Shown one piece after another: positions 55,941 to 64,000 of a stretch of 64,000 nt of DNA. The DNA lies in the IMG/VR virus record IMGVR_UViG_3300009597_000014, positions 1 through 64,000 of that record; one strand, given 5' to 3'. Both the position numbers and the translations under genes were made by a program. The notes under the pieces were generated by a model. It did no database searches and was not told the origin of the DNA. It saw only the letters and a list, made by a program, of their open reading frames with translations. This DNA is from a virus. Every line of letters starts with the position of its first letter. The first letter of the stretch is position 1.

Positions 55941-56285
55941 TTAATCGAAGAGAGCCGACAGCTCCGCGAAGTTGGCGTCGAAGAGCAACTTTGTTTGCGG
56001 GTTGGAGTGCATTTCTGAAGCCAGAGCGAGTTGAGATCTGGTCCGTTCGGAAGCAGCCTGCTCCAGCAGGTAGAGTCTCCGTGTCTTGGCACGGACGATG
56101 GAGTTGTCAGCCTGGTTTAACTCGGCGTCTGCCGCCCAGTTATCCAGCATGTTGATGCCTCGATCCAGTACCTTGATGCTGGTCGATGCAGTGTTGATGA
56201 GGCGAGAGCCTGCGTTAGCTGCAGTCTCTACTCCTCCGAGGATGGCGCCCACTGCTCCAGTGGTACGCGCTACTATGCCAGTCAT
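55941..56285 (-). CDS. N4 gp1-like first early protein
   Basis: 114 aa Ala/Thr-rich helical protein; first gene behind hairpin promoter Pe1. Confidence 0.7.
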   Translation of the reverse strand: MTGIVARTTGAVGAILGGVETAANAGSRLINTASTSIKVLDRGINMLDNWAADAELNQADNSIVRAKTRRLYLLEQAASERTRSQLALASEMHSNPQTKLLFDANFAELSALFD

Positions 56286-56310
56286 GGTATATACTCCGGG
56301 GCAGGATCGC

Positions 56311-56330
56311 CCACTTGGGGGCGCAGCCCC
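56311..56330 (-). promoter_or_regulatory. vRNAP hairpin promoter (Pe1)
   Basis: Template (+) strand CCACTTG-GGGGC-GCA-GCCCC. Confidence 0.75.
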
Positions 56331-56334
56331 AGTG

Positions 56335-56560
56335 TGAGTGTGTAACCGGGGGGGTAGGTTTACCGGAGGGGTGGCTACGTAGCGGGAGGAATGGACGTAG
56401 AAGTCTTTACAAAAAATCCATAACCTGAATTAATATGCCGTGGAACATCTGCATGAAAATATGCAGTTCCAAAAATATAATAAAAATAATTTCTATAATA
56501 AAAATTAGCTATATTTATAATACTAGTATATCTTATGTCTTACGACGAGCGTTCTCTATA
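56335..56560. other. Probable genome-end / collapsed terminal-repeat region
   Basis: Non-coding gap between the right-end genes and Pe1/gp1; G-run ACCGGGGGGGTAGG followed by a very AT-rich TATAATAAAAAT tandem; matches the N4 map position. Confidence 0.5.
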
Positions 56561-56567
56561 GAACGGC

Positions 56568-56654
56568 CTAGACTCCTATGACGAGCAGGAGAAGAGCTAC
56601 GAATATGACTGTCCAGATGAGGATCCAGACACCGTAGGTAGGGGTTTTTCTCAA
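56568..56654 (-). CDS. Possible small membrane peptide (28 aa, TTG start)
   Basis: MRKTPTYGVWILIWTVIFVALLLLVIGV; TTGA overlap. Confidence 0.35.
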   Translation of the reverse strand: MRKTPTYGVWILIWTVIFVALLLLVIGV

Positions 56655-56758
56655 GGGAATATTACCCACCAGAGGATGAACCAGAAAATGGATGCAAGGA
56701 TGCTGCCGTAGATGACACCCAGCCAGAATTCAGAATGATGGGGAGGACGGCGATTCAT
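56651..56758 (-). CDS. Small membrane peptide (35 aa)
   Basis: MNRRPPHHSEFWLGVIYGSILASIFWFILWWVIFP; ATGA-coupled. Confidence 0.45.
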   Translation of the reverse strand: MNRRPPHHSEFWLGVIYGSILASIFWFILWWVIFP

Positions 56759-56979
56759 AGTTTTAGTTTGGTTTTTTTCTCAGCCATAGCTCGTTCGTAT
56801 TTGGCTTTCTGGGTTTCCAGTCTGTAACGTTCTTGAGGGTCTATATTGGGATTGTAGACCTGGCCTGAGCCGTAGCACTCCGGACATTGAATGGTGTAGC
56901 GCTCAACGCCGTAAGTATCGATGATGGGGTAGGTACCTTCACCATTGCAGACAGAACAGCCTAGTTGGAATCCACTCAT
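56755..56979 (-). CDS. DnaJ-type zinc-finger small protein
   Basis: CSVCNGEG...CPECYGSG. Confidence 0.65.
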   Translation of the reverse strand: MSGFQLGCSVCNGEGTYPIIDTYGVERYTIQCPECYGSGQVYNPNIDPQERYRLETQKAKYERAMAEKKTKLKL

Positions 56980-56981
56980 GG

Positions 56982-57194
56982 TTAGGGTTCCTTGAGGGAG
57001 TTTATTGCACGGCGTACTTCATCGGCTAAGGTGATTGTTTGTTTTGATATGAGACCGCCGTTACCGCCTTGGAATTTACCCCCAATCATTGTTCCATGTT
57101 CGTCATGGGAGAGTGAATCGACCAATGCGGTAGCAGCATCGACCAGGCGTTTGATGTTAATAGTATTATCTTCTATGGAAGTACTATTGGACAT
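56982..57194 (-). CDS. Hypothetical protein
   Basis: 70 aa; GGNGGLIS..TI..ADE.RRA; GGGAG RBS. Confidence 0.6.
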   Translation of the reverse strand: MSNSTSIEDNTINIKRLVDAATALVDSLSHDEHGTMIGGKFQGGNGGLISKQTITLADEVRRAINSLKEP

Positions 57195-57211
57195 TACGTT
57201 TCTCCCATTGA

Positions 57212-57511
57212 TCAAAATGGATCTGTAGATGGTGCGTATTTTCCTGTCCATGGATACTCACCGAGAGCTTTGAGACGGAGACTCTCTCTTCCTACGGCCT
57301 TGGGGTCTGAGGTGTCTATGTCCTTGTTGGGATCGTACCACACCAGGAAGCAGGGCAGGCATATCATCTGAGGCTCATGCCAGAAGGATGTGCGGAGATG
57401 GTCTGTACCTCCGCAGGCCGAACAGGTTTTATTTTCCAACTGGTTCATAATGTTTGACCTTGCCGCATCGACTGCAGCGCCAACCGATGCAGAGAATTTT
57501 ACCTCTACCAC
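57212..57511 (-). CDS. Zn-binding hypothetical protein
   Basis: CSACG...CLPCF..WYD. Confidence 0.55.
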   Translation of the reverse strand: MVEVKFSASVGAAVDAARSNIMNQLENKTCSACGGTDHLRTSFWHEPQMICLPCFLVWYDPNKDIDTSDPKAVGRESLRLKALGEYPWTGKYAPSTDPF

Positions 57512-57567
57512 CTCTCCAGCCTGAGACGACAGTACCAGGGCACCATCCCATCCAACAATAGAACCAT

Positions 57568-57774
57568 CTAATCGACATTGATGCGAACCAGGAGAAGGAT
57601 GCCCCCTACGTCGAAGTCCCAGGATATTTTCTGGACGGTATATATTTTGCCGTTAAGGACCATTATGCCCCCGACCGATGGATGGGAGGGTATGCTGATG
57701 CTAATTAGGAAGCCTGAGTCGGTATAGAAGTCGGTTGGGATGGTGGTAAGAGATTCGCTCATCAGAGGCCTCAA
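57568..57774 (-). CDS. Hypothetical protein
   Basis: 68 aa, beta-rich. Confidence 0.45.
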   Translation of the reverse strand: MRPLMSESLTTIPTDFYTDSGFLISISIPSHPSVGGIMVLNGKIYTVQKISWDFDVGGILLLVRINVD

Positions 57775-57831
57775 AGGGGCTGGATTTACGGCTCATTATC
57801 GGCGGTTTTAAAATAATGGCATTTACGCCGA

Positions 57832-58014
57832 TTATCTATTGGCATGCTTCACGAGGCGTATCAAACGAGGGCTGATGAAGCGGTTTCGCTTACGGGATCT
57901 CTCGATGGTTTGAAGCTGGATCTCGAGTTCTCTGATGCGTAGATCCTTCTCCTGGATCTGAGCCAGTAGCTCGTTGTGGGTCTTCATGGTAGGGCGGAAT
58001 CTGTTTTGGCTCAT
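57832..58014 (-). CDS. Hypothetical coiled-coil protein
   Basis: 60 aa from MSQNR; AAGGAG RBS. Confidence 0.55.
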   Translation of the reverse strand: MSQNRFRPTMKTHNELLAQIQEKDLRIRELEIQLQTIERSRKRNRFISPRLIRLVKHANR

Positions 58015-58019
58015 CTGGA

Positions 58020-58244
58020 TCACTCCTTGGGGGTTTTGGTGGCTGCTTTCACAGCCCACATGGCTCCATCTTCGATCGCTGTCATGGCCAGTGCCTTGAG
58101 ACGTTTGATCTCGCCTTCTCCCTTGTCGTCAGTCTTTTCGATAAGATCGATGAGCTTAGCAGCCTGGGATTTGATCTCATCTACCTCTGGGTTCTGGGAT
58201 GGATTGAACGAGATGCCGACTCGGTATTCGCCTGTGGTTGTCAT
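58020..58244 (-). CDS. Acb2/Tad1-hairpin-like small protein (putative immune-signal sponge)
   Basis: GEYRVGISFNPS...VDEIK..AA.LID...R..ALAMTAIEDGAMWAVKAAT helical hairpin. Confidence 0.6.
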   Translation of the reverse strand: MTTTGEYRVGISFNPSQNPEVDEIKSQAAKLIDLIEKTDDKGEGEIKRLKALAMTAIEDGAMWAVKAATKTPKE

Positions 58245-58463
58245 TGGGGATTCCCTCTCGGTGACTGCGGCGGTAGCCGCAGGAACCCATGATCCCTAGA
58301 CTGATTTGTCTATAGGGACAAGGGTTTAGCTCTTACCAGGGTGGGTCTCCACAATAGCTTACGCGCTTCTCTCTCTTATAGTAGGGGGGAGGGAAAAGTC
58401 AGGGTAGGCTCAAGGTGGGAAAAAACATATATAACGGTTTTTAAGGGGGGTCTAGAGTCGGAG

Positions 58464-58730
58464 TCGCCAGCAGGCACTGCTACAATCTGGGGGAGCTACC
58501 ACCCACTTACGATTGGAGTGCCTGCTGACGAAACTTTGAAAGGGAAAGAGAATTTGGGGTATGAAGCCGGGAGATTCTTCAGAGGAGGGAGGAGAGGGTA
58601 TCCTGGATCTCCCGGCTTCACTTCCTCTCACGGTACCTAGGGAGATACTCTAAATACCGTGAGAGATTTCCTCGCTAATACCCGATTATGAACGTCTGCA
58701 AGGGTGCGAGTCCTTTATAAAAATAATCGG
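58464..58730. ncRNA. Putative structured RNA: four tandem long hairpins with purine-rich (+) / CCUCC-rich (-) loops
   Basis: Stems 58464-58531, 58562-58620 (14 bp perfect), 58625-58665 (11 bp), 58682-58730. Confidence 0.45.
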
Positions 58731-58800
58731 ATTTTAGATTTTTAGGTAATATTTATGCATTAGTGGTATCAGAAATCTTTCAGGAGACAAGGGAAAAATT

Positions 58801-59541
58801 ATGTCTCTCTTCGACGATCCCGAAGTACAAAACCCAAAAAAAGACTTAAGTCTCCAAGGGTTAGCTCCAGTTCCACTGACTGTGGAGGAGGTGCAGAATG
58901 CTCTGCCGAATCACCTCCGGTCGAGTGTCACTCAGGGGATGGTAGACAACCTCAATACGATTGCAGCCGATCCTATTATGGCTGAAAATATTAAAGCTAA
59001 TTTTGTTGGATATTCAGCTATTTTAAAGGATGGTAAATTCAAGACTGAGGAATATATTAATGCAGTTACATATGTCAGTTTCAAGCTTATGGGATTTACA
59101 AACATTGAATCCTATACTCGAACATTTCCCCAGAGGTATGCCAATCTGGTGGCCAAGGGGACCTCAGCGAAGGACATCTCCGGGTATGTAAGCGCGTATA
59201 ACAGGGGTAAGTTACCTAATCTCATTATGGAGCAATCCCTGGTTCCAACTTGGGTGTTGAACCAGGATCTGTTCCAGAAGGCTCTCAACGTTCAGGCAGA
59301 CCTGATGTTGAACTCAAACAGCGACAAGGTCAGGACTGATGCTGCTAATTCCCTCCTGGTTCACCTGAAGAAGCCTGAGACCAAGGAGTTCCAGATCTCG
59401 ATGGAGACCAATGAGTCTGCAGGCATCAAGGAGATGCGGAATATGCTGGGTGAACTCGCAAAACAGCAGCAGGACATGATCAAGGACGGAGCTAAAACGA
59501 TCGACATAGCGGCAACCAGGCTGGTGGTGACGGAACAATGA
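58801..59541 (+). CDS. N4 gp69-like protein (putative small terminase)
   Basis: NFVGYS.ILKDGKFK...YINAV.YVS.KLMG, YN.GKL.N.I.EQSLVP.W.LNQD, S.KVR.DAANSLL.HLKKPE. Confidence 0.85.
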   Translation: MSLFDDPEVQNPKKDLSLQGLAPVPLTVEEVQNALPNHLRSSVTQGMVDNLNTIAADPIMAENIKANFVGYSAILKDGKFKTEEYINAVTYVSFKLMGFTNIESYTRTFPQRYANLVAKGTSAKDISGYVSAYNRGKLPNLIMEQSLVPTWVLNQDLFQKALNVQADLMLNSNSDKVRTDAANSLLVHLKKPETKEFQISMETNESAGIKEMRNMLGELAKQQQDMIKDGAKTIDIAATRLVVTEQ

Positions 59542-59792
59542 GTGACTATGATATGAACATCCATACTAATCCTGATGCTGTGGCATGGGCAAAGTTTTAT
59601 GTCGAAACGAAAGCCAAATATACCGGTCCTGAACCATTCGATACCGAAGATAATATGATCGGTTGGTTTGCAAATGCGATGATGGCTATGCATGATTATC
59701 TGAAAGGTGGACCAACCATATTACCTGATGGTTCAGCATTTTTTGTTGATACTATTTATAAGCCGATGATGTTGGAAAATAAAGATGCTTAA
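59538..59792 (+). CDS. Hypothetical protein
   Basis: DA..WAKF...MIGWFANAMM..HD motif; coupled at both ends. Confidence 0.65.
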   Translation: MSDYDMNIHTNPDAVAWAKFYVETKAKYTGPEPFDTEDNMIGWFANAMMAMHDYLKGGPTILPDGSAFFVDTIYKPMMLENKDA

Positions 59793-61422
59793 TGTCGACG
59801 ATGCTAGTGGTTACCCCAATGAGTGGGTTAAAGAACGAATCGTCGTCAAGAAATCCCTCGACGAATGGCTCGACGAGGTGGATTACCATGATATTAATTC
59901 TGGTTCCTATGTTCCGAGTCAGTTTGCCCTTATTTTTATGAACTTCGTTAAACTCGTAAATGGTGCTGAAGGAGAAACTCATAAGACACCTCCTGTGCAT
60001 CTTAAGATGCTTGATAAAATGCTTTCTAAAAAGGAATTAATTGCTAATCTATGTTTTCGTGGAGCTGCTAAAACTACTTTGTTTTTTGAATATCTGGTAT
60101 TATTTATTGCTACTTTTGGTTATTTACCTGAATTTGGTGATATTACTGGTATGATTTATGTTTCTGACTCCATGGAAAATGGCGTCAAGGCTGCAAGAAA
60201 AAATGTCCAGTTCCGATATGATCATAGTGACTTCCTTAAGGAATGGATACCCGAAGCATATTTCACAGACAGTTATCTCGAGTTTACGAACCGGGACGGA
60301 CATAAGCTTGGATGCCGTATGTTTGGAGCTCAGACAGGTCTCCGGGGGACCAAGATCTTCGGAAAACGACCGGTGCTGGCAGTGCTGGATGATCTGGTTT
60401 CTGACGATGACGCCAAATCCCGAGTGTCCATGGATGCCATCAAGGACAACATCTATAAGGGGGTGAATTACGCTCTGGATCCAACGAGAAGGAAGATTGT
60501 CTTCAATGGTACGCCCTTCAACAAGGACGATATCATGATCGAGGCGGTCGAATCAGGTGCCTGGGATGTGAATGTCTGGCCTGTTTGTGAGAAATTTCCT
60601 TGTTCGAGGGAAGAATTCGTTGGTGCTTGGGAGGATCGGTTCTCTTATGATTTCGTGATCGAGCAATATGAGAATGCAGTTCTGACTGGGAAGACCGAAG
60701 GTTTTATGCAGGAGCTAATGCTTCGGATTTCGAGTGATGAAGAGCGTTTGATCCAGGAAGGGGAGATCCGAGAATACTCCAGGGTGCAATTATTAGAGAG
60801 AAAATCAGTCTTTAACTTTTATATCACCACTGATTTTGCCACTTCAGACAAACAGACTGCAGATTTCAGTGTTATTTCTGTGTGGGCATACAATTCTCAA
60901 GGGGATTGGTTCTGGGTAGATGGTGTCTGCGAGCGCCAGACGATGGACAGGACGATCGGGGATCTCTTTCGCCTGGTTCAAATCTATAAACCTCAGTCTG
61001 TCGGTATCGAAGTCAGTGGCCAGCAACTTGCTTTCATCAAGTGGTTGCAGTCTGAGATGATGACTCGTAATATCTGGTTCAATTTCGCTTCGTCGGAGAA
61101 GACTGGAAAGCCAGGAATACGGCCAATTGTTAATAAATTAACCAGATTTAACTTAATAGTACCTCTTTTTAAAGCAGGGAAAATGTATTTTCCCACAGAA
61201 TTGAAAACTTCCAAGATAATGGCTCATTTTTATGGGCAAATCAGGCTGGCAACTAAGAACGGTCTGAAAGGAAAAGATGATTGTCTTGATACAATTTCCC
61301 AGCTAATGTATCTAAACGCCTGGAAGCCCAGCGAAGAGATCGCGGTCCCTGATTCCAGCAGTGGCATGTGGAAGGATTCCTTCCCAGACGAGCCCAGCGC
61401 CATTTCATCGTATATAGTTTGA
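59785..61422 (+). CDS. terL: Terminase large subunit (N4 gp68)
   Basis: FRGAAKTT (Walker A), LAVLDDL (Walker B), GTPFN, TTDFATS, DDCLDTIS. Confidence 0.96.
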   Translation: MLNVDDASGYPNEWVKERIVVKKSLDEWLDEVDYHDINSGSYVPSQFALIFMNFVKLVNGAEGETHKTPPVHLKMLDKMLSKKELIANLCFRGAAKTTLFFEYLVLFIATFGYLPEFGDITGMIYVSDSMENGVKAARKNVQFRYDHSDFLKEWIPEAYFTDSYLEFTNRDGHKLGCRMFGAQTGLRGTKIFGKRPVLAVLDDLVSDDDAKSRVSMDAIKDNIYKGVNYALDPTRRKIVFNGTPFNKDDIMIEAVESGAWDVNVWPVCEKFPCSREEFVGAWEDRFSYDFVIEQYENAVLTGKTEGFMQELMLRISSDEERLIQEGEIREYSRVQLLERKSVFNFYITTDFATSDKQTADFSVISVWAYNSQGDWFWVDGVCERQTMDRTIGDLFRLVQIYKPQSVGIEVSGQQLAFIKWLQSEMMTRNIWFNFASSEKTGKPGIRPIVNKLTRFNLIVPLFKAGKMYFPTELKTSKIMAHFYGQIRLATKNGLKGKDDCLDTISQLMYLNAWKPSEEIAVPDSSSGMWKDSFPDEPSAISSYIV

Positions 61423-61462
61423 TATTTTTAGACTACTTTTAAACTATTTAGGTGATTTTATA

Positions 61463-62164
61463 ATGAAAATTGAGGAGCTGTTTAGCAGACTCGCCTATGG
61501 TGAGCTGTCAAATCTTGCCATCAACAATGGCGATGGAACAATCATCGAAGAAAAGCAGCCTCAAATCGTTCAATATATAAATGAAGGCCTATTAGCTCTC
61601 TGTTCGAGATTCCGGCTCATAGAGCACGAAGTTTTGATCGAGCAGGTTGAGCATATCACGCATTATCACCTTAAACCTGCCTTTGCCGAGAGCTCTGGCT
61701 CTGATGTCGAGTTCCCATACATCAAGGATCTGCCGGATGAACCTTTCACGGGCGATGTGATCAGGATTCTTGAAGTCCATGACGAGGTTGGTGCTGTTAC
61801 CCTGAATGATCAGGCCAATCCGTTGTCAATGTTTACGCCACAGCCTGATATTCTCTTTGTTCCTACACCTAATCCGTATCATCCATTAACAATATATTAT
61901 CAGGCTAGGCATTCCGTACTAGATACGAGACCTGGCCACATTATTAACCAAGAAATTGAAATTCCATTTTTTCTGGAAACTGCTTTGCAGAATTTTGTGG
62001 CTTATAAGACATATAGCCATATGAATGGTCAGGAAAATATCGTTAAAGGTCAGGAATATCTGGCAGTCTATGAAACATCGTGTCTCGAAGCTGAGATGCG
62101 CGATTCAGCGAACCAGTCTTTCCACACCTCACATGAAAAACTCGAGATGAGAGGCTTCGTCTGA
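61463..62164 (+). CDS. N4 gp67-like head-tail adaptor
   Basis: L.YGELSNLA, INEGL.AL..RF.L.E, K.E.RGFV. Confidence 0.85.
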   Translation: MKIEELFSRLAYGELSNLAINNGDGTIIEEKQPQIVQYINEGLLALCSRFRLIEHEVLIEQVEHITHYHLKPAFAESSGSDVEFPYIKDLPDEPFTGDVIRILEVHDEVGAVTLNDQANPLSMFTPQPDILFVPTPNPYHPLTIYYQARHSVLDTRPGHIINQEIEIPFFLETALQNFVAYKTYSHMNGQENIVKGQEYLAVYETSCLEAEMRDSANQSFHTSHEKLEMRGFV

Positions 62165-64000
62165 TGGGTTACCGTTCGGATATGGATAGCGCTACTGGTT
62201 TGGTCGATACGATGATTGGCTCGGCCTACCCGGTTGTCAGGGAAGTCGCCACTAATATCGAATATGTGAAGCATGTCAGTGCTCACCTTGAGTATATAGT
62301 AGGTATTGAAGATAATATTGAAGAAATTAATAAAGTTGGGGCTAATATTGAAGAAATTATAATAGTATCTAATAATATGGATGCTATTACTAGTGTTAAT
62401 GAAAATATGGATTCTATCATTACCATTAATAATGATATTGAAGAAGTAAAAGAAGTAGCTGATAATATTCCAGAAATTTATACAGCTGTTGATACCATTA
62501 TTACTAAAACTGAAGAAGCAGATGCTCTTCTTGATGAAGCAGAAGAATTAGCTAATGCGATTAGTGGAATAGCCAGCCCCCTTATTATTGCTGATAATCT
62601 TTTTGGTACTAAGGGATCTGTTGAATTATGGAACCCTGCAACACCGCCTGATTATATCAGGATTGCCGGACATCTTGTTGCTGGAGATGGTGGTGCAGCA
62701 CTTTATAAGAAAGTGGCATCACAACCTGCGCATGCGGGCAAAATCCAATCCATGAATGGTACATGGTGGGAGCTTTCTGAAGAACGTATTACTCCTTATA
62801 TGTTTGGCGCTAAAGGTGATAATGTTACTGATGATGTGGTAGCATTACAAGCATTTTTTGATTATGCGACTGCTTATAAGAAAGTCGAACTGCATTGCAT
62901 TGGTTCATTTAAAATTGGAGCTAAGTTATTTATTGGGCAAGCTGGGGTTAATTCTCTTAGTGTATCAATGTATTTCGACTGTATCATAACCAGTCTTGCT
63001 ACTTTTATTTCAACTGAAGAATTAGTACGTTTTCGCTATATCGGTTATGCGAATTGTAGTGGTGAATTCAGGGTATATGGCGGCTCTGCTGGAACTGCCT
63101 ATGTAGATCGCAGGCAGTGGGATGGTATCGTTATCGAGCAATGCCCTCGCACACGTTTCCCCGGTTTGTCATCGCAATCCGTCAAGCGTAATGGCATTAC
63201 CATACATAGTTCAGGTAACAGTAATGGTGCTCGTTTTCCCAAACTGGCAGCCGATCGTTCTGGTGGCGAACTACCAGGGACAATGTTGTCTGGATGGACG
63301 ACTATATGGGCCACTGCGACCGATTACCCGCTAAATGCCACAGTGAAGAATAGCGCTGGTCGGATGTACACCTGTACCACAGATCCTGGTGTGGTGAATT
63401 CGACCGTTGAACCTGTTCATACCACTGGTGCAGTCACTGATGTTGACGGGTACGGTTGGACATATACTGGTATGAATAGCGGTTCCGTTAATTCAGCTAA
63501 TCAACGCACGACATTGTTGGTTACCGACATACCAGAAGCTTTAGCGCTTGGTGATTTTATTACTTATGGCGGTCGCCCATATCATGTGATGACTGTTAAT
63601 ATTCCAGCAGGAACCATTGACGTATTTCCGTGGGTAATTAATCCTGTTGCTGGCCCCATTATGTATCTTGTTGGTGCTGGTGCTTACTTTGTCGGTAGTG
63701 ACAGCAATATTTGTCAAATTGGATTTGTAGATACTGGCTTCAATGGTACTGGGGCTAAACTTCGTAGCCTTTATGCACCGACAATCGAGCAAATGCATAC
63801 TAGTCAGGATGGTATTGGTGTTGCAATTGGTTCTGCAACATCTGGTGCATGGATTGGTGGATTTATTACTAATTTTTATGTTGAAAATCCAACATCGAGG
63901 ATTAATTTTGTAGAATGTTCTGATCCTAATGGAGCAGCATTTTCAATAGGTACATTGGGTCCAGGATCATTATCACAAATATTTAAACCAACTGCGAATA
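62164..64000 (+). CDS. Tailspike/tail fibre with beta-helix depolymerase-like domain (3' truncated by window)
   Basis: Absent from the ORF track because it has no stop. N-terminus LVDTMIGSAYPVVREVA; 10-aa NIEEI repeats; GDGGAALY; FGAKGDNVTDD..ALQA (pectate-lyase-3-type start). Confidence 0.88.
   Translation, partial: MGYRSDMDSATGLVDTMIGSAYPVVREVATNIEYVKHVSAHLEYIVGIEDNIEEINKVGANIEEIIIVSNNMDAITSVNENMDSIITINNDIEEVKEVADNIPEIYTAVDTIITKTEEADALLDEAEELANAISGIASPLIIADNLFGTKGSVELWNPATPPDYIRIAGHLVAGDGGAALYKKVASQPAHAGKIQSMNGTWWELSEERITPYMFGAKGDNVTDDVVALQAFFDYATAYKKVELHCIGSFKIGAKLFIGQAGVNSLSVSMYFDCIITSLATFISTEELVRFRYIGYANCSGEFRVYGGSAGTAYVDRRQWDGIVIEQCPRTRFPGLSSQSVKRNGITIHSSGNSNGARFPKLAADRSGGELPGTMLSGWTTIWATATDYPLNATVKNSAGRMYTCTTDPGVVNSTVEPVHTTGAVTDVDGYGWTYTGMNSGSVNSANQRTTLLVTDIPEALALGDFITYGGRPYHVMTVNIPAGTIDVFPWVINPVAGPIMYLVGAGAYFVGSDSNICQIGFVDTGFNGTGAKLRSLYAPTIEQMHTSQDGIGVAIGSATSGAWIGGFITNFYVENPTSRINFVECSDPNGAAFSIGTLGPGSLSQIFKPTAN

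Noticed and set aside
56535-56711. + strand frame interrupted by a single TAG (possible stop-codon recoding)
   Set aside because: It is the antisense of two hydrophobic minus-strand peptides, and TAG serves as a normal stop elsewhere (e.g. 4351, 53588).
58341-58640. 99-aa ORF on the + strand
   Set aside because: GTG start without a clear RBS and Gly/Arg-rich composition arising from the hairpin sequences; more likely non-coding.
58260-58800. tRNA genes
   Set aside because: No cloverleaf with a T-loop GTTCRA and acceptor stem found by eye here or in other intergenic gaps; a tRNAscan run would settle it.
1-64000. Prophage or temperate lifestyle
   Set aside because: No integrase, repressor switch, partition genes or flanking host genes; the whole window is N4-like phage sequence.

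Overview
The window covers most of an N4-like (Schitoviridae-type) lytic podophage genome, circularly permuted. The host is probably an alphaproteobacterium, inferred from phage-borne GcrA, DUF3309 and H-NS/HvrA-type genes. The + strand at 1-24.3 kb holds late/virion genes: portal, gp58, gp57, major capsid, gp55-gp52, an ejection protein with a lysozyme-like domain, and a 3884-aa apparently cysteine-free virion RNA polymerase. The - strand from 56.3 down to 24.3 kb holds early and middle genes: gp1, gp2, two-subunit RNAP II, Ig-domain decoration protein, MoxR AAA/vWA pair, helicase, family A DNA polymerase, gp42, primase, gp44, SSB and RusA. Right-end genes lie at 56.6-58.2 kb, and gp69, terminase, gp67 and a tailspike running off the window lie at 58.8-64 kb. 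The collapsed terminal repeat probably falls near 56.3-56.6 kb. Main observations: (1) a 777-nt group I intron with a homing endonuclease splits catalytic motif B of RNAP II subunit 2. (2) A GC-rich array of about 12 translationally coupled mini-genes is joined by a recurring stop/RBS/start junction repeat, and many carry a second conserved internal box, suggesting a shuffleable cassette system. (3) The heptamer CTGGTTC is enriched more than 10-fold on both strands. (4) Three virion-RNAP hairpin promoters have a non-N4 GCA loop. (5) Candidate host-takeover or anti-defence genes include H-NS, GcrA, NADAR, SLOG and an Acb2/Tad1-like protein. (6) A multi-hairpin putative ncRNA lies upstream of gp69. 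All family assignments come from motif recognition and N4 synteny by eye; no database searches were run.
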